Assembly: GCF_001194135.2 (NCBI RefSeq)
Contig: NC_068985.1
Span: 114,144,954-114,208,953 of the forward strand
DNA: 64,000 bases
Direction of reading: 5' to 3'
From: Octopus bimaculoides
Lineage: Eukaryota
Shown here: piece by piece, positions 61,432-64,000 of the stretch
Layout of the letters: every line of letters begins with the position of its first letter
Position numbering within the stretch: position 1 is the stretch's first letter
Program-made: the position numbers and the translations under genes
The notes under the pieces: generated by a model
Told to the model about the DNA's origin: nothing
What the model saw: the letters and a program-made list of their open reading frames with translations, nothing else
Database searches by the model: none

Positions 61432-61912
61432 ACCAATGGTTCTCAACTGGAGTTCATATGGCCGCTTGAGGGTCCATATAAGATTTTTTGGGATCCATGA
61501 AACAATATAGTAAACTGGGGATTCACAATAGTGCTTTAAGGGCTCCTGAAAAAATTTTTCTTTATATGTATGTATTACAAGAAACAGGTTTCTTTCTCTA
61601 ACATGGTGGTTCTTAACCAGGGTCCATGTAACAAAATAATAAATTGGGGACCTATGACAGTATTTTGAAGGCCCCTGAAAAAATTTTCCTTTAGATGTAT
61701 TGGTAATGTATTGCAAGAAGCAGCTAGGTTTCTTTCTATAATGTTTTACATAGTTCAACCTACAGAAGCTAATGTGTGGAAAAGCAAAATAGGAATCATG
61801 AAAGTAGTATCTATAAAACTAATTTTTAAACTTCGAATGGTTATGGGGTGTCCACCAGAATAGAATATTAACCACAGGGGTCCATAGGTTAAAAAATGGT
61901 TGAGAATCCCTA
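61432..61912. mobile_element. hAT-type MITE with an internal duplication
   Basis: caatggttctcaac...ggttgagaatccct; two copies of gg...cctgaaaaaattttc. Confidence 0.5.
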
Positions 61913-62869
61913 GTGTGAACCATAGATTATGTTTTCAGTGTCTTTCCTGTTTTTACAACAGGTAGTGTGCTTTGAGGTGAATTTAGCTGCTATTTCAAGC
62001 AGTTCATGTGACCTCATCGGAGCTGTTTTATTGGGCTTTATGGAAGAGCACACATGCAGTATCAATTAGTACATCATTATTATGTTTTGTTGCATTTTTC
62101 TGTGATGGGGTGGGCACATTGTTTATTGTGGGTTGGAGTTTACTTTTAACATATATATATATCAAACATTAATTTTTATTCAAGAGATAACATAACAGCC
62201 ACAGAAATAATTATATGAGAAAGTTTTGAAACCAATAAATAAATGCTAGTGGTGGTGATGATGATGATGATGATGGTGATGATGGTGGTGGTGATCCTTC
62301 TTACAATATGAATGTAGTGTATGTATGTTTATATAGTACGACACTGTATTCATATGCTAAAATATTAACAAAAGCAGTGAAACACCTACAAACAACACAA
62401 CCACACATTTGGTACTCAAATTGTGTGTGCATGTGTGCATATACATACATACATGCATACACATCAAAACACAGGTGTATGTTGATGTATATAAACATAA
62501 CAGTGAACATAAAGAAAATATAACCAAATAAAACCATAAACTGTGAATATAAAACGTAATTGAATATAAACATAACATAAATGGTGAACAAACACAGAAC
62601 ATTATGGATTGCTTTGAAGTGCAAACTATTAAATAATTTAAAGCAGTGCTTTGTTCGGTGCCTAAATGGAGTATTTCGAAGCACAATTTTTAATGACATT
62701 GTTTGTTTTATATTTTATCTTTTTTAAAACAATGTTTACGATGTTTGTTGCCTCAATTTTCAACTTTTTTTTTTTTCCAAATATTCTTGATATAGATCAC
62801 TAATTGAAAAATTTATTTGTATACCTTTCTAACTTTTATGATAAAAAGTCGTCTATCTCTCGCATATAT

Positions 62870-63728
62870 AACATCATCATCACCATCATTTAACATTCAT
62901 TTTCCATGCCGCCATGGGATGAGTAGTTTGACAGGAGCTGGTCAGCTGATGAGCTACATGGTCTCCATGTCTGTTCTGGCATGGTTTTCTACAGCTTGAT
63001 GCCCTTCCTAATGCCAACCACTTTACGAAGTGTACTGGGTGCTTTTCACATGGCACCAGTACCCATGAGACAACAAGTTTAGGAAGAGAGATACAGAGGA
63101 CATACCTGTATGCAGAGACAGATATGATTTTATTTAGCTATGTGAATGTGTATATAAGCCTAGTACTTATTCTATTGATAGATTTTGCCAAGCTGCTAAG
63201 TTACGGACACATAAGCGCACCAGCATTGGCTGTCAAGCAATTGGCATGGGGGTGGGAAACAAACACAGACACACACACACACACACAATTTCAGTTTCCA
63301 TCTACCAAATCCACTCACAAGGCTTTGGTCAGCTCAAGGCTTTGGTCAGCTCAAGGCTATAGTAGTAGACACTAGCCCAAGGTGCCATGCAGTGGGACTG
63401 AACCCGGAACCATGTCGTTGGGAAGCAAGCTTCTTACTACACTAGTTTTAATCATTGGACTAGTGGAACAGCTACGAATGCCTTAATCAAGCAATTTAAC
63501 CCCAGTACTTATTTTTAAAGTCTGGTGCATATAATCTCTTTTACTGAACTACTAAGCAAGAAGGAAGTAAACAAACCAGCACCGGTTGTCAAGCAGTGAT
63601 GGGAGACAAACAAAAAGACACATACACAGACATGTATGCGTATGTGTGTGTACACACACTCAGAGTGGGAAGAGAGGAACCTCTTTCAGTTTCTGTTTAC
63701 CAAATTCACTCACAAGTCTTTGGTCAGT
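62870..63728 (-). mobile_element. Cluster of family-V (about 62870-63065) and CORE-type (about 63130-63440, 63450-63728) SINEs
   Basis: Family-diagnostic motifs as above. Confidence 0.65.
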
Positions 63729-64000
63729 GTTGTTTGCATTATAACACTTCAAATCCTGTAACATAGTGGTTCACCAAATAGATATCAAGATAAATTAAGT
63801 ACAAAACTAAAATAATTACAGGAGACGAATATCATGGACTACATATTTTGCAGATGTCCAGAATGGTCATAGGGAAACAACAGAAACTATTAAGTTTAAT
63901 CTCTTTAAATATACACAGAATAAACTCACACATCTTTTAAACAAAATTGTATATACTTTAAAGCACATGAATGCATATATATTATATATTATAGCAGAGA

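Overview
Eukaryotic, AT-rich, gap-containing draft sequence with very dense di- and trinucleotide microsatellites and several SINE families. The repeat content looks like a coleoid cephalopod (Octopus-like); this is inference, not a database result. The only host coding sequence I can support is one 186-nt phase 0-0 exon on the minus strand (48322-48137). It encodes the C-terminal part of a plexin Sema domain (TLQIDDNYCGTLDINTPIAG...YTVAFIGTTVGTIIK) between canonical AG/GT sites. The window is therefore most likely two very large plexin introns (>48 kb and >15 kb). These introns hold tRNA-derived SINEs, (TAA)n-embedded 3' ends of REL-endonuclease (R4/Dong-like) LINEs, an RTE fragment, a DD37D (maT) transposase remnant, a mariner shell with nested insertions, MITEs/foldbacks, Penelope-like repeats with hammerhead motifs, and a 179-bp tandem array. 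The most notable item is a near-canonical type I hammerhead ribozyme motif in the sense strand of the plexin intron (21312-21253). It lies directly downstream of an antisense copy of its own catalytic core. Most ORFs in the supplied track are microsatellite, SINE or N-gap artefacts. Repeat coordinates are read by eye and approximate unless stated as exact.
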